A stretch of 62,802 nucleotides of DNA, from contig JAZRYC010000162.1 of NCBI GenBank assembly GCA_045600525.1, forward strand, positions 1 to 62,802, given 5' to 3'. The DNA is from Bacteroidales bacterium. GTDB taxonomy: Bacteria > Bacteroidota > Bacteroidia > Bacteroidales > WCHB1-69. The notes beneath the pieces are model-generated. The model ran no database searches. It saw only the letters and a program-made list of their open reading frames with translations, and was not told the origin of the DNA. Made by a program: the position numbers and the translations under genes. Shown here in pieces: positions 1 to 8,618 of this stretch. Positions within the stretch are counted from its first letter, which is position 1; each line of letters opens with the position of its first letter.

Positions 1-755
1 CCGAAATGATAAAGCCGTTCGGCATCAATAAGTAGGAATCTGTCGTGGACTTTTTCAATTGGCTTGATGGCAACAGCCGGATACTGGGCGTTGTGTTTGC
101 GTAGGTCCAGCTTCAGTTGCTGAGTGATTTTCTCTGTGAAAACAGTGGCACCAACAGCTTCGTTTCGTTTGCTCAACATCAGCAAAACGCTCTCGTCTAT
201 GTAATTGTCCACCAATTGGATGCTCTCAGTCGCAGATTTAATCAAATCTACAACAAAGACGTATGCGTCGAAAACCTGTCCGTCGAAAAACAGACCGTAC
301 TTGGGCGGCAGGGCAGTCTGGGTGAGTTCCTGAATTACTGCTTCTGTTTTGCAAACTCTTGCTTCAAGTTGCACGATTTTTTGTTGAATAAAGCCTCCAT
401 TGAAGATATAGTTCTTTAAAATAATATTTGCCCACTGGCGAAATGCGACACCTTTGGGTGATTTTACCCGATAGCCAATGGAGATGATCATATCTAAATT
501 GTAGTATTCAACCGCTCTGTTCACCAAACGTTTACCCTCATTTTGAACTGTCGCAAATTTTGCGACAGTTGAAATGTCTCGCAACTCTTCTTGCTTCGCA
601 TTGGAAATATGTTTACCGATTGTTTTAACATCCCGACCAAACAGTTGGGCAATTTGTTGACGATTCAGCCAGACCGTGTCTTCGGCCACCCTGACTTCAA
701 GGTTGATGTCTTCCGATGGATTGTAAATGATAATGTTGTTTTCTAGTTCTTCCAT
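1..755 (-). CDS. RhuM-family protein, partial (C-terminus lies beyond the window start)
   Basis: Absent from the ORF track because it runs off the window. My reverse-strand translation from ATG at 755 reads MEELENNIIIYNPSEDINLEVRVAEDTVWLNRQQIAQLFGRDVKTIGKHI...YYNLDMIISIGYRVKSPKGVAFRQWAN, the hallmark N-terminal block of RhuM-family proteins. The + strand ORF 117..419 is its shadow. Confidence 0.75.
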   Translation of the reverse strand, partial: MEELENNIIIYNPSEDINLEVRVAEDTVWLNRQQIAQLFGRDVKTIGKHISNAKQEELRDISTVAKFATVQNEGKRLVNRAVEYYNLDMIISIGYRVKSPKGVAFRQWANIILKNYIFNGGFIQQKIVQLEARVCKTEAVIQELTQTALPPKYGLFFDGQVFDAYVFVVDLIKSATESIQLVDNYIDESVLLMLSKRNEAVGATVFTEKITQQLKLDLRKHNAQYPAVAIKPIEKVHDRFLLIDAERLYHF

Positions 756-783
756 AGTGCTGTATCTATAAAATTTCCATCGC

Positions 784-791
784 CAAAGATA
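784..791 (-). promoter_or_regulatory. Bacteroidetes-type -7 box (TATCTTTG) for the RhuM-family gene
   Basis: The reverse complement of caaagata matches TAnnTTTG, about 28 nt upstream of the ATG at 755. Confidence 0.4.
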
Positions 792-1034
792 CAACAATGA
801 AAATGTGAAATCAAGTGCAAAAAATTGTGTAACAAAAAATTAGGAAATGCAGAAAATCTTCATTTTTTTGCATAAAAATTTCAGAAACCTGTAGATTTTG
901 ATTTTTTGACAAATTCGAAAAATGTCATGGCGGGGAGGCGATTTCGGAGAAAATCGAAAATACGAACGCTATACCCAATGCGTAGGAATGTCGAAATGAT
1001 TTATAAATCCTTTTTGCTGCATTGATATTTTGTT

Positions 1035-1042
1035 TATATTTG
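1035..1042 (+). promoter_or_regulatory. -7 box TATATTTG upstream of ackA
   Basis: Exact TAnnTTTG match followed by C, about 53 nt upstream of the ATG at 1096. Confidence 0.45.
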
Positions 1043-1095
1043 CCACCGCTAAAAAAAAGCGTGATAGATTTTATACATTTACTAATACACATAAT

Positions 1096-2295
1096 ATGAA
1101 AATTTTAGTTTTAAACTGTGGCAGTTCCTCCATCAAATACCAATTGCTGGAAATGGAACCGCAACCCGAATTATTGGCTAAAGGTCTTGTTGAACGCGTA
1201 GGTTTGGAAATGGGCGAATTCACCCACAAACCGGTCGGCAAAGACAAATATTACACCCAAACCCCTATCGCCAACCACGAAGTCGGCGTGAAGTTAGTAC
1301 TCGAAGCTTTGATGGATCCGAAACACGGTGTCATCAAATCCGTGGATGAAATCAACGCTGTTGGTCACCGCGTAGCTCACGGTGGTGAATACTTTGACAA
1401 GAGTATGATTCTTGGCCCGAAGGAAATTGAAGAAATTGAAAAGCTTTGTGAATTGGCCCCATTGCACAATCCCGCATCCCTGCTTGGTATCAACGTGATG
1501 ATGAAACTCTTACCGAACATCAAGCACGTCGGTATTTTCGACACCTCCTTCCATCAGACCATGCCGCCTGAGGCTTTCCTATACGCACTTCCTTACGAAA
1601 TGTACAAGGAAAAGAAAATCCGTCGTTACGGTTTCCACGGCACCAGCCACAAATATGTCGGCCCGAAAGCTGCTGAAATCGCAGGTCTTGATTACAACAA
1701 CTGTAAGATCGTCAGCTGCCACCTCGGCAACGGCGCTTCCATCACCGCTATTAAAAATGGCAAGTCCATCGACAACTCTATGGGATTCACTCCGGTAGAA
1801 GGCTTGATGATGGGTACCCGTTGTGGTGACATCGACGCCGGCGCGCTCATTTACATCATGGATTCCGAAAAGATGGATACCAAACAACTCAACACCTTCA
1901 TCAACAAGAAATGCGGTTTGCTCGGTATCTCCGGCAAGAGCGTGGATATGCGCGACATCCGTGCCGGTCGTGATGCTGGCGACGAACGCTCCACCTACGC
2001 TTTCAATATGTTCGCTTATCGCGTGAAGAAGTACATCGGCGCTTATGCTGCTGCTATGGGCGGTGTTGACCTCATCCTCTTCACCGGCGGTATCGGCGAA
2101 AACGCTTGGTTCCAGAGAGAGGCCATCTGTGACGACCTTGACTGGCTCGGCACTAAATTGGACATCGAAGCCAACAAGAAATATGCTGGCGAAGACGGCA
2201 TTATCTCTACCCCGGATTCCAAGGTGAAACTCGTTTCCGTCACCACCAACGAAGAACTCGTGATGGCAATGGATACTTATAAATTGGTAAAATAA
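1096..2295 (+). CDS. ackA: acetate kinase
   Basis: ORF 1030..2295 begins with TTG and is trimmed to the ATG at 1096. MKILVLNCGSSSIKYQL... and the HRVAHGG and GFHGTSH motifs are typical of acetate kinase. Confidence 0.93.
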   Translation: MKILVLNCGSSSIKYQLLEMEPQPELLAKGLVERVGLEMGEFTHKPVGKDKYYTQTPIANHEVGVKLVLEALMDPKHGVIKSVDEINAVGHRVAHGGEYFDKSMILGPKEIEEIEKLCELAPLHNPASLLGINVMMKLLPNIKHVGIFDTSFHQTMPPEAFLYALPYEMYKEKKIRRYGFHGTSHKYVGPKAAEIAGLDYNNCKIVSCHLGNGASITAIKNGKSIDNSMGFTPVEGLMMGTRCGDIDAGALIYIMDSEKMDTKQLNTFINKKCGLLGISGKSVDMRDIRAGRDAGDERSTYAFNMFAYRVKKYIGAYAAAMGGVDLILFTGGIGENAWFQREAICDDLDWLGTKLDIEANKKYAGEDGIISTPDSKVKLVSVTTNEELVMAMDTYKLVK

Positions 2296-2344
2296 TTTAT
2301 CGACATATTAATGAGAAGGTGCATGCATCGTCTCTACAAAAAAC

Positions 2345-2380
2345 AAAACGGGCGGACAAAGGGTCGCCCGTTTTGCTTTT
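2345..2380 (+). terminator. rho-independent terminator after ackA
   Basis: Perfect 10-bp stem aaaacgggcg / cgcccgtttt with a 10-nt loop, followed by gctttt. Confidence 0.7.
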
Positions 2381-2508
2381 AACAGAATGTTTTTTACCAA
2401 AATGCCATTTTTTGGCAAATTATTTGCAAGATAAAGCCCGGCGAATCTGTGCAAAATCAGGTTCGCACCTTTTGATATGCATTATAAAACGCTATAAACA
2501 AATAGATT

Positions 2509-3132
2509 ATGGAAAACGACAATACTCAAGACCAAGTACTCGAAAACGAAGAAAAACAGATGGAAGAAATGGAAAATACACCGCAAACTGACAATTTGTC
2601 GGAAGAAACTGACAATAAGAAGAAAGGTGGCATATTTTCAAAGAAAAATAATAAAGATAAGGAAAAAATCCAGGAACTGGAAGCAGAAATAGAAAAGATG
2701 AAGGAGGAAAAGGCAGAGTTGAATGACAGATTTCTGCGTCTTTTTTCTGAATTCGACAATTATAAAAAACGGGTGAACCGCGAAAAGTTGGAAATGCTGT
2801 CTACCGCCTCAGAAAAGGTGATTGTGAGTTTGCTTCCTGTTGTTGATGACTTTGAGCGCGCCATTGCCGCTAATGAGAAGGTGGAGGATATTGCCGCTAT
2901 TAAAGAGGGCTTCAATATCATTTACAACAAACTGATACAGATGCTCAAACGTTTTGACGTGGAAGAAATTGCTGCCAAGGGAGAAGTTTTTGATACCAAC
3001 TTCCATGAGGCTGTGACGCAATTTCCCACAGACAAGGAAGAAGATAAAGGCAAAGTTATCGATGTGACGGAAAAAGGTTATAAGATTAAGGAAAAGGTTA
3101 TCCGTTACGCAAAAGTCGTTGTGGCCCAGTAG
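2509..3132 (+). CDS. grpE: nucleotide exchange factor GrpE
   Basis: Acidic N-terminus, then the LRLFSEFDNYKKRVNRE and VVDDFERA motifs. It sits directly upstream of dnaJ. Confidence 0.92.
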   Translation: MENDNTQDQVLENEEKQMEEMENTPQTDNLSEETDNKKKGGIFSKKNNKDKEKIQELEAEIEKMKEEKAELNDRFLRLFSEFDNYKKRVNREKLEMLSTASEKVIVSLLPVVDDFERAIAANEKVEDIAAIKEGFNIIYNKLIQMLKRFDVEEIAAKGEVFDTNFHEAVTQFPTDKEEDKGKVIDVTEKGYKIKEKVIRYAKVVVAQ

Positions 3133-3148
3133 AGACTTATTGCCGATA

Positions 3149-3163
3149 GTTTCAGGTTTCAAG
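3149..3163 (+). repeat. heptamer pair GTTTCAG-GTTTCAA(G)
   Basis: The same 15-mer occurs at 16625..16639 and, inverted, at 12523..12537. Confidence 0.6.
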
Positions 3164-3180
3164 GAAGAAACAACAATATT

Positions 3181-4362
3181 ATGGCAGAGAAAAGAGATTA
3201 TTATGAAGTATTGGGGGTGGACAAGAGTTCATCCGCTGATGAGATAAAGAAAGCCTACCGAAAGAAGGCCATGCAATATCATCCCGATCGTTGGGTGAGC
3301 GGTACCGAAGAAGAGAAAAAGGATGCCGAGGAGAAGTTCAAAGAGGCGGCTGAAGCATACGATGTGCTGAGCAATCCCGATAAGAAGGCGCGTTACGACC
3401 AGTTCGGTCATGCCGGTATGGGTGGTGCCGCATCCGATTTCTCAGGATTCAACATTAACGACATTTTCAGCCATTTCGCCGATGTGTTTGGCGGTGGCGG
3501 CGGCGGTTTTGGCTTTAATATGAGCGACCTCTTTGGCGGTGGCGGCGGACAGGGCCAGCGTGCCGTTCGCAAGGGAGGCAATATCCGTATCAAAGTTAAG
3601 ATGACTTTGGAGGAAGTGGCCACTGGAGCGGAAAAGAAGGTTAAAATCAATAAGTATGTGGCTTGCGAGCACTGCCATGGAACGGGTGCGAAAGATGAAC
3701 ATAGTAAGGAAACTTGTCCGGTTTGCCATGGCTCAGGACAGGAAGTTCGTCAGCAACGCAGTATGTTTGGCATTATGCAGCAGGTGATGGTTTGCTCCCG
3801 TTGTAATGGTACTGGGGAGATTATCAAAGATCCTTGTCCCCATTGTCATGGGAATGGCATTGTTCAAGGCGAGGAGGTGATACCCATTTCCATACCGGCC
3901 GGCGTGGATACAGGCATGCAATTGACTATTCGGGGTAAAGGCCATGCGGCAGCCAATGGTGGTGTGAATGGCGATTTGTTGGTGGTGATAGAGGTCGTGG
4001 ACCATGATGTTTTTGAACGCGACGGTAATAATCTCTATTTGAACTATTATATCAGCTTCCCGCAGGCGGCATTGGGTGCTTCTGTGGAAATCCCCACCTT
4101 GTCGGGAAAAGCCAAAGTGAAGATCGCCGCCGGCACACAGGGAGGTCAGATTTTACGTCTGCAAGGCAAAGGGCTTCCCCAGGTACAATCTCACAATGTG
4201 GGTGATCTCATTGTCAATGTGAATGTTTGGACTCCGAAATCGCTGACGAAGGAAGAAAAGGAAATGATAGAAAAACTGAGCACACACGAAAATTTTATAC
4301 CCAAGCCGGGGAAAAACGAACGTAGCGTCTTCAATAGGGTGCGTCAGTTTTTTAGAGACTAA
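3181..4362 (+). CDS. dnaJ: molecular chaperone DnaJ
   Basis: J-domain (YYEVLGV...HPDR), a G/F-rich linker, and four CxxCxGxG zinc-finger repeats. Confidence 0.96.
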   Translation: MAEKRDYYEVLGVDKSSSADEIKKAYRKKAMQYHPDRWVSGTEEEKKDAEEKFKEAAEAYDVLSNPDKKARYDQFGHAGMGGAASDFSGFNINDIFSHFADVFGGGGGGFGFNMSDLFGGGGGQGQRAVRKGGNIRIKVKMTLEEVATGAEKKVKINKYVACEHCHGTGAKDEHSKETCPVCHGSGQEVRQQRSMFGIMQQVMVCSRCNGTGEIIKDPCPHCHGNGIVQGEEVIPISIPAGVDTGMQLTIRGKGHAAANGGVNGDLLVVIEVVDHDVFERDGNNLYLNYYISFPQAALGASVEIPTLSGKAKVKIAAGTQGGQILRLQGKGLPQVQSHNVGDLIVNVNVWTPKSLTKEEKEMIEKLSTHENFIPKPGKNERSVFNRVRQFFRD

Positions 4363-4384
4363 GAGTCTTCATAAAAGAATTAGG

Positions 4385-4417
4385 GCGGAAGCGAGGAACC
4401 TCGTTTCCGCTTTTTTT
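4385..4417. terminator. hairpin plus T-run between the convergent dnaJ and HsdR_N genes
   Basis: gcggaagcgagg aa cctcgtttccgc followed by T7. Confidence 0.65.
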
Positions 4418-4423
4418 ATGATT

Positions 4424-4828
4424 TTAAAGGGGAGTGATGGTTTCGGTATCGAAGTCGATGTTGAAGAAGAACCGTTCTTTTCCGTTGGTGACGCCTACAA
4501 TGGGAGCATGGAGGGTTTTATTGTATCTTCCAACTTGTTCCACAACCGTTTGCGTGATGGGGACGTCAGGAGCTTTGCATTCTATGACGATTTCTGGTTT
4601 CATCTGTTCGTTGAAGACAACTAGGTCGTATCGTTTGGTAAGGCCGTTTACGCAGATGGCCTTTTCAACGGAAATGTGGGAGGCTGGAATCTGTTTGACA
4701 TTCAAGAGGAAGAGAATGAGTTGCTGCCGCACGCGTTCTTCAGGCGTGAGTAATAGCCACTTTTTGCGGATGGGGTCGAAGACCTCTGTCTGCCCTGATA
4801 GTTCCCGTTGTTTGAAAGGGTATTCCAT
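4424..4828 (-). CDS. type I restriction enzyme HsdR N-terminal domain-containing protein (small, stand-alone)
   Basis: 134 aa with ...PEERVRQQLILFLL...YDLVVF...PEIVIECKAP..., a PD-(D/E)xK-like HsdR_N pattern. The start overlaps the nspC stop (TAATG). Confidence 0.6.
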   Translation of the reverse strand: MEYPFKQRELSGQTEVFDPIRKKWLLLTPEERVRQQLILFLLNVKQIPASHISVEKAICVNGLTKRYDLVVFNEQMKPEIVIECKAPDVPITQTVVEQVGRYNKTLHAPIVGVTNGKERFFFNIDFDTETITPL

Positions 4829-5982
4829 TAACTCAGTTTGGCTTTATAGGAAGCGTAGTCGCCAGGCTCAGAGAGCAGCTCAAATTCTCCGTCTTTATGG
4901 ATGATGCCGATAGCGGGATGATGCACGCCATTGAAGAAGGTTGTTTTGACCATGGTGTAATGAATCATATCGTCAAATACAACACGGTCGCCAATTTCCA
5001 GTGGTTCTGGGAACGCGAAGTCGCCCATGCCGATAAAGTCGCCGGCGAGACAGGAGCAGCCACCCAATCGATAGACGTACTTGCTATCTGCATTGGGTTC
5101 GGAGGCGCCCAATACAGTAGGTTTGTAAGGCATTTCAAGGCAGTCGGGGAGGTGGCAGGAAAAGGAGATGTTCAACATGGCGATTTGAATGCCTTTATTG
5201 ACAACAATGTCTTCCACGGTGGAAGTAAGTACACCTGTCTGCCAGCCGACTGCTTCGCCGGGCTCAAGGATGACTTCTTCGATGTTGGGGTATTTTTCTT
5301 TGAATGCCTTAAGAATCTGGATGAGGTGCGGGACATCATAGTCTTGTCGTGTGATGTGGTGGCCGCCGCCGAAGTTCACCCATTTGCATTGTTTGATATA
5401 GTGGTCAAATCGTTTTTCAAAAGCTTCCAAACAGTGTTCCAGCGCGTAGCTGTCGTTTTCGCAGAGGGCGTGGAAATGGAGGCCTTCAATACCTTCCGGA
5501 AGGTCTTTGGGCATGTCTTCTGCCAAAATTCCTAAGCGGGATCCGGGAAGGGCGGGATTGTAAAGGTCGGTCTCTATTTCAGAATATTCGGGGTTTACCC
5601 GTAGTCCGAAACTAACCTTCTTGGGAATTTCCCTGATGATGGGTTGGAATCTCTGCCATTGGCTGAGGGAGTTGAAAGTAAGATGACTGCTGTAGATGAG
5701 CAACTGTCGAAACTCTTCTTCAAAGTACACAGGGGCGTAGGTATGTGCGTCACAACACATTTCTTCGGAAATGAGTCTGGCCTCGTTCAGGGAGGAGGCT
5801 GTGGCACCGGCCAGGTAGTTTTTGATTAAAGGAAAGGAATGCCAAAACGACATTCCTTTCAAGGCGCATATAATAGATACACCGGCCTCTTTTTGGACCA
5901 GGTCTAATAGTTGCAGGTTGGCCTCCAATGCTTCTTCTGAAAGAATATAGCAGGGAGATGGGCAATGGTCAAAAGCCGACAT
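4828..5982 (-). CDS. nspC: carboxynorspermidine decarboxylase
   Basis: 384 aa. The N-terminal PSPCYILSEEALEANLQLL and the overall length are typical of NspC/CANSDC. Confidence 0.8.
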   Translation of the reverse strand: MSAFDHCPSPCYILSEEALEANLQLLDLVQKEAGVSIICALKGMSFWHSFPLIKNYLAGATASSLNEARLISEEMCCDAHTYAPVYFEEEFRQLLIYSSHLTFNSLSQWQRFQPIIREIPKKVSFGLRVNPEYSEIETDLYNPALPGSRLGILAEDMPKDLPEGIEGLHFHALCENDSYALEHCLEAFEKRFDHYIKQCKWVNFGGGHHITRQDYDVPHLIQILKAFKEKYPNIEEVILEPGEAVGWQTGVLTSTVEDIVVNKGIQIAMLNISFSCHLPDCLEMPYKPTVLGASEPNADSKYVYRLGGCSCLAGDFIGMGDFAFPEPLEIGDRVVFDDMIHYTMVKTTFFNGVHHPAIGIIHKDGEFELLSEPGDYASYKAKLS

Positions 5983-5985
5983 GGC

Positions 5986-7299
5986 CTATTGGTGGTTTTC
6001 GTGGAACAATTTGAGGCGTTCTTCCAAGATGGGGAATTGGCTTCTCGGAGTAAGGGAGACGCAAGCGCGAAGACCTTCGGTTCTTTCGCTGCCGCAGGTA
6101 CCCAATGAAATGGCGCTAATGCCGTAGTAGAGGAATTCGCCCAGAAGTTCGTCGCTGCTCATGCCCGGATAGGCCACGGTGAAATAAAATCCGTCGGCAA
6201 GGTCTTTGTCGCCGTCTTTATCATAGACAATGACAAAGCCGTTGTCGGTGAATAGCTTTTTCATGATAGTGGCTTTCTCACCATATTCCTTGACGTCATC
6301 AATATAGTTGTAGGTTCCGTCGTTGCAGGCTTTCAGGATGGCGGCCATGGCGTATTGAGCGGAATGTGCCACACCGGAGCTGATGGCGTAAACGGTGCCG
6401 TAGACAATGGCTCTGCCCAGTTGTTTCATTCTGAAATAGGGCATCAGGTCGTCAAATTCGCGTTTGTACATTTTATTGGAAAGTACCATCATGGCAATAC
6501 GTTCGCCGGCGTAGCTGAAGGCTTTTGAACCGGAAATCAGCAGGGCGTAGTTGTCGGTGTATTTTCCAACGGAAGGTTGATAAGGCGGAACGCCCGGAGT
6601 GGAAATGTTGTTGCGGAAGTCCATGCCGAAATAGGCGAGGTCTTCAAAAACAAAGACATCATATTTGTTGGCCATTTCGCCGATGATTTGAAGTTCTTCT
6701 TCGGTGAAGCAGATCCAGGAAGGATTGTTGGGGTTGGAGTACATGATGGAGTGGATGTTGCCTTTCTCCAGGTAGCTTTCCAATTTGGCTCTGAGTTTTT
6801 GCCCTCTGAAGTTATAAACGTCAAAGGTTTCGTATTTGAGGCCGAGAACGCGGTGTTGTTGCTTTTGGACGGGGAAGCCGGGGTCAATGAAAAGGGTGGT
6901 GTCACGTTCCTGACGGCAGCGTACAAAGGTCATGAAGCCTGCCATACCGCCCATCATAGAGCCGACGGTGGGAATACAGTTTTCAGGTTGGACATCGAGG
7001 TCGATGAAGTTCTTTACAAAACGGGCCGTTTCCTTTTTGAGATCGGGAATGCCTTCAATGTCGGGATAGAGGGCGGCAACTCCGTTTTGGAGGGCTTTGA
7101 TTTGGGCTTCAACGCCGACTTTGCAGGCGGGAAGGCCTGGAATACCCATTTCCATGCGTACGAATTCCTTTCCGGATTCTTTTTCAATTTCATTAATTAA
7201 CCTTTTGACTTCGCGGATAGAGGCTTTGCCAACTGATTGAACGCCGCTGGCGGCAACTACTTTGTCAACGATTTCTACGGGAATGGGTGTGTTTTTCAT
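5986..7299 (-). CDS. PLP-dependent aminotransferase (class I/II fold), specificity unknown
   Basis: 437 aa with YSNPNNPS and the SGSKAFSYAGERI lysine region. It ends 3 nt upstream of nspC. Confidence 0.75.
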   Translation of the reverse strand: MKNTPIPVEIVDKVVAASGVQSVGKASIREVKRLINEIEKESGKEFVRMEMGIPGLPACKVGVEAQIKALQNGVAALYPDIEGIPDLKKETARFVKNFIDLDVQPENCIPTVGSMMGGMAGFMTFVRCRQERDTTLFIDPGFPVQKQQHRVLGLKYETFDVYNFRGQKLRAKLESYLEKGNIHSIMYSNPNNPSWICFTEEELQIIGEMANKYDVFVFEDLAYFGMDFRNNISTPGVPPYQPSVGKYTDNYALLISGSKAFSYAGERIAMMVLSNKMYKREFDDLMPYFRMKQLGRAIVYGTVYAISSGVAHSAQYAMAAILKACNDGTYNYIDDVKEYGEKATIMKKLFTDNGFVIVYDKDGDKDLADGFYFTVAYPGMSSDELLGEFLYYGISAISLGTCGSERTEGLRACVSLTPRSQFPILEERLKLFHENHQ

Positions 7300-7345
7300 A
7301 TAAGATACTAATTTATTGGTAAATGTTTTTTTCAGTTATGGGCGG

Positions 7346-7353
7346 CAAATATA
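7346..7353 (-). promoter_or_regulatory. -7 box TATATTTG for the aminotransferase-nspC operon
   Basis: Reverse complement of caaatata, about 46 nt upstream of the ATG at 7299. Confidence 0.45.
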
Positions 7354-7358
7354 CAAAA

Positions 7359-7385
7359 AAAGGGCAATCGTTGAGATTGCCCTTT
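7359..7385 (-). terminator. terminator after the lipoprotein gene 7402..7728
   Basis: aaagggcaatc gttga gattgcccttt, with a T-run on the minus strand. Confidence 0.65.
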
Positions 7386-7401
7386 TATGATAATATAAGA
7401 A

Positions 7402-7728
7402 TTATCTTCTTTTCTTACCAGCGTTTACTACAGATTGAGTAGCGTTCTGTTCAGCCTGGTCAATAGCCTTGTTAGCTACATTGGTAGCAGCTTCTTCAGC
7501 ATGTTCTTTGATGGTCTGAGCAGGTTTTTTAGGAGTAGTGGTTTTCTTAGCGGGAGCAGCTTGTTCTTGAGCAGGAGCGGGTTCTTCAGCTACAACAGCT
7601 TCTTCTTGAACAGGTTCTTCAGCGATTTCTACCATAGTAGAGTCAACAGCAGGTTCTTCTTGTTTGTTTTTGTTACCGCAAGCTACGAAGAGGCCGGCGC
7701 AAAGTAAAACTAAAAATAATTTTTTCAT
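7402..7728 (-). CDS. small lipoprotein with a low-complexity Glu/Ala/Pro-rich region
   Basis: Lipobox MKKLFLVLLCAGLFVAC; no recognisable domain. Confidence 0.6.
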   Translation of the reverse strand: MKKLFLVLLCAGLFVACGNKNKQEEPAVDSTMVEIAEEPVQEEAVVAEEPAPAQEQAAPAKKTTTPKKPAQTIKEHAEEAATNVANKAIDQAEQNATQSVVNAGKKRR

Positions 7729-7764
7729 TGTTTATGAATTTTAAAAGGTTAAAGACGCATTAAA

Positions 7765-8256
7765 TTATTTTACAGGAACATAGGTTAAAGAGAAAGTGTA
7801 GGTTCCCTTTGCACCTGGTTCATCATCATTGATGGTGCAGCTGATTTTGAATTCTTCTTCGGTGAGGTTTACGATACGGCACAATTCAAGTTCGTCATCA
7901 TAGAAGAAGGGAACTTGCATTTTGATGTATTCGTGACCATCTTCCAAAGTAACGAGGCTGCAGTTTGCGCTGTATGCAGCAAGGCTGTCGTCACCAGGTT
8001 TAACGGTTTGGATAAGGTCAGTTGTGAAGGAGATAACGTCATTCATTTCATCTTCATAGAGGTAGCCTTCCATGAGGTTTTCAACGATTTCGCCTGATTC
8101 CATTACATAACCCGGAGCGGATGTTGCAGCGGAAAGAATCCAACCGTTCTTCGGAGAAGCGAGAAGTTCAGCGGTGGTTTTTTCAGTAGGAACACAAGCT
8201 GCAAAGCTTAAAACTAACATAGCAGCAACTGCTAATACAGATAATGTTTTTTTCAT
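7765..8256 (-). CDS. lipoprotein of unknown function
   Basis: Signal peptide plus lipobox (LSFAAC); 163 aa. Confidence 0.65.
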   Translation of the reverse strand: MKKTLSVLAVAAMLVLSFAACVPTEKTTAELLASPKNGWILSAATSAPGYVMESGEIVENLMEGYLYEDEMNDVISFTTDLIQTVKPGDDSLAAYSANCSLVTLEDGHEYIKMQVPFFYDDELELCRIVNLTEEEFKISCTINDDEPGAKGTYTFSLTYVPVK

Positions 8257-8314
8257 TGTTTTTTGATTTTTTAGTTATTAAATAAGGTGAAAAAATTCAT
8301 TTTATCAAAGTGTG

Positions 8315-8322
8315 CAAAAATA
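8315..8322 (-). promoter_or_regulatory. -7 box TATTTTTG for the lipoprotein genes
   Basis: Reverse complement of caaaaata, about 58 nt upstream of the ATG at 8256. Confidence 0.4.
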
Positions 8323-8440
8323 TATTTTTTTTCATAACCTTTTTCTTAAAAAAACAAAAAAATACATAGTTGAAAAAAAAGCATGTCAGCTTTGTGTGTA
8401 ATTATAAAAAAAATGTACTTTTACGCCCTTAAAAAGCGTT

Positions 8441-8528
8441 GGAGAGATGGCCGAGTGGTCGAAGGCGCACGCCTGGAGAGCGTGTAAGCGCCAAAAGCGC
8501 TTCCTGGGTTCGAATCCCAGTCTCTCCG
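8441..8528 (+). tRNA. tRNA-Ser (anticodon GGA)
   Basis: Cloverleaf folded by hand: acceptor GGAGAGA/TCTCTCC, anticodon stem CACGC/GCGTG with loop CTGGAGA, a long variable arm AGCGC-CAAAA-GCGCT, and T-arm CTGGG-TTCGAAT-CCCAG. Confidence 0.93.
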
Positions 8529-8618
8529 CGACAAAATTATTGCATTGGTAATCAATAAAATAAATTAAAAATAAAGAGTATTAATTAAATTATTCAAAAA
8601 TCAAATCAAAAAGTTATT

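Noticed and set aside
117-419. 100-aa + strand ORF at the left end
   Set aside because: It lies antisense to, and entirely within, the much longer minus-strand RhuM-family reading frame (1..755), which has clear family motifs. It is a shadow ORF.
1030-1095. N-terminal extensions in the ORF track that start at TTG or far-upstream codons (1030, 12538, 14867, 16765, 36190, 38233, 40868, 49462, 50866, 57130, 57671, 57757, 58879)
   Set aside because: In each case an internal ATG gives the canonical family N-terminus or a proper signal peptide/lipobox. The extension would also overlap a -7 promoter box, a terminator or the upstream gene.
2296-2508. Search for a CIRCE (TTAGCACTC-N9-GAGTGCTAA) heat-shock operator upstream of grpE-dnaJ
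   Set aside because: No CIRCE-like inverted repeat is present. Only a weak AT-rich palindrome (ccaaaatgccattttttgg, 2397-2415) was seen, which is too degenerate to call.
2319-2591. 90-aa ORF between ackA and grpE
   Set aside because: It spans the ackA terminator hairpin and the grpE upstream region and overlaps the grpE start. The sequence is Lys/Arg-rich nonsense.
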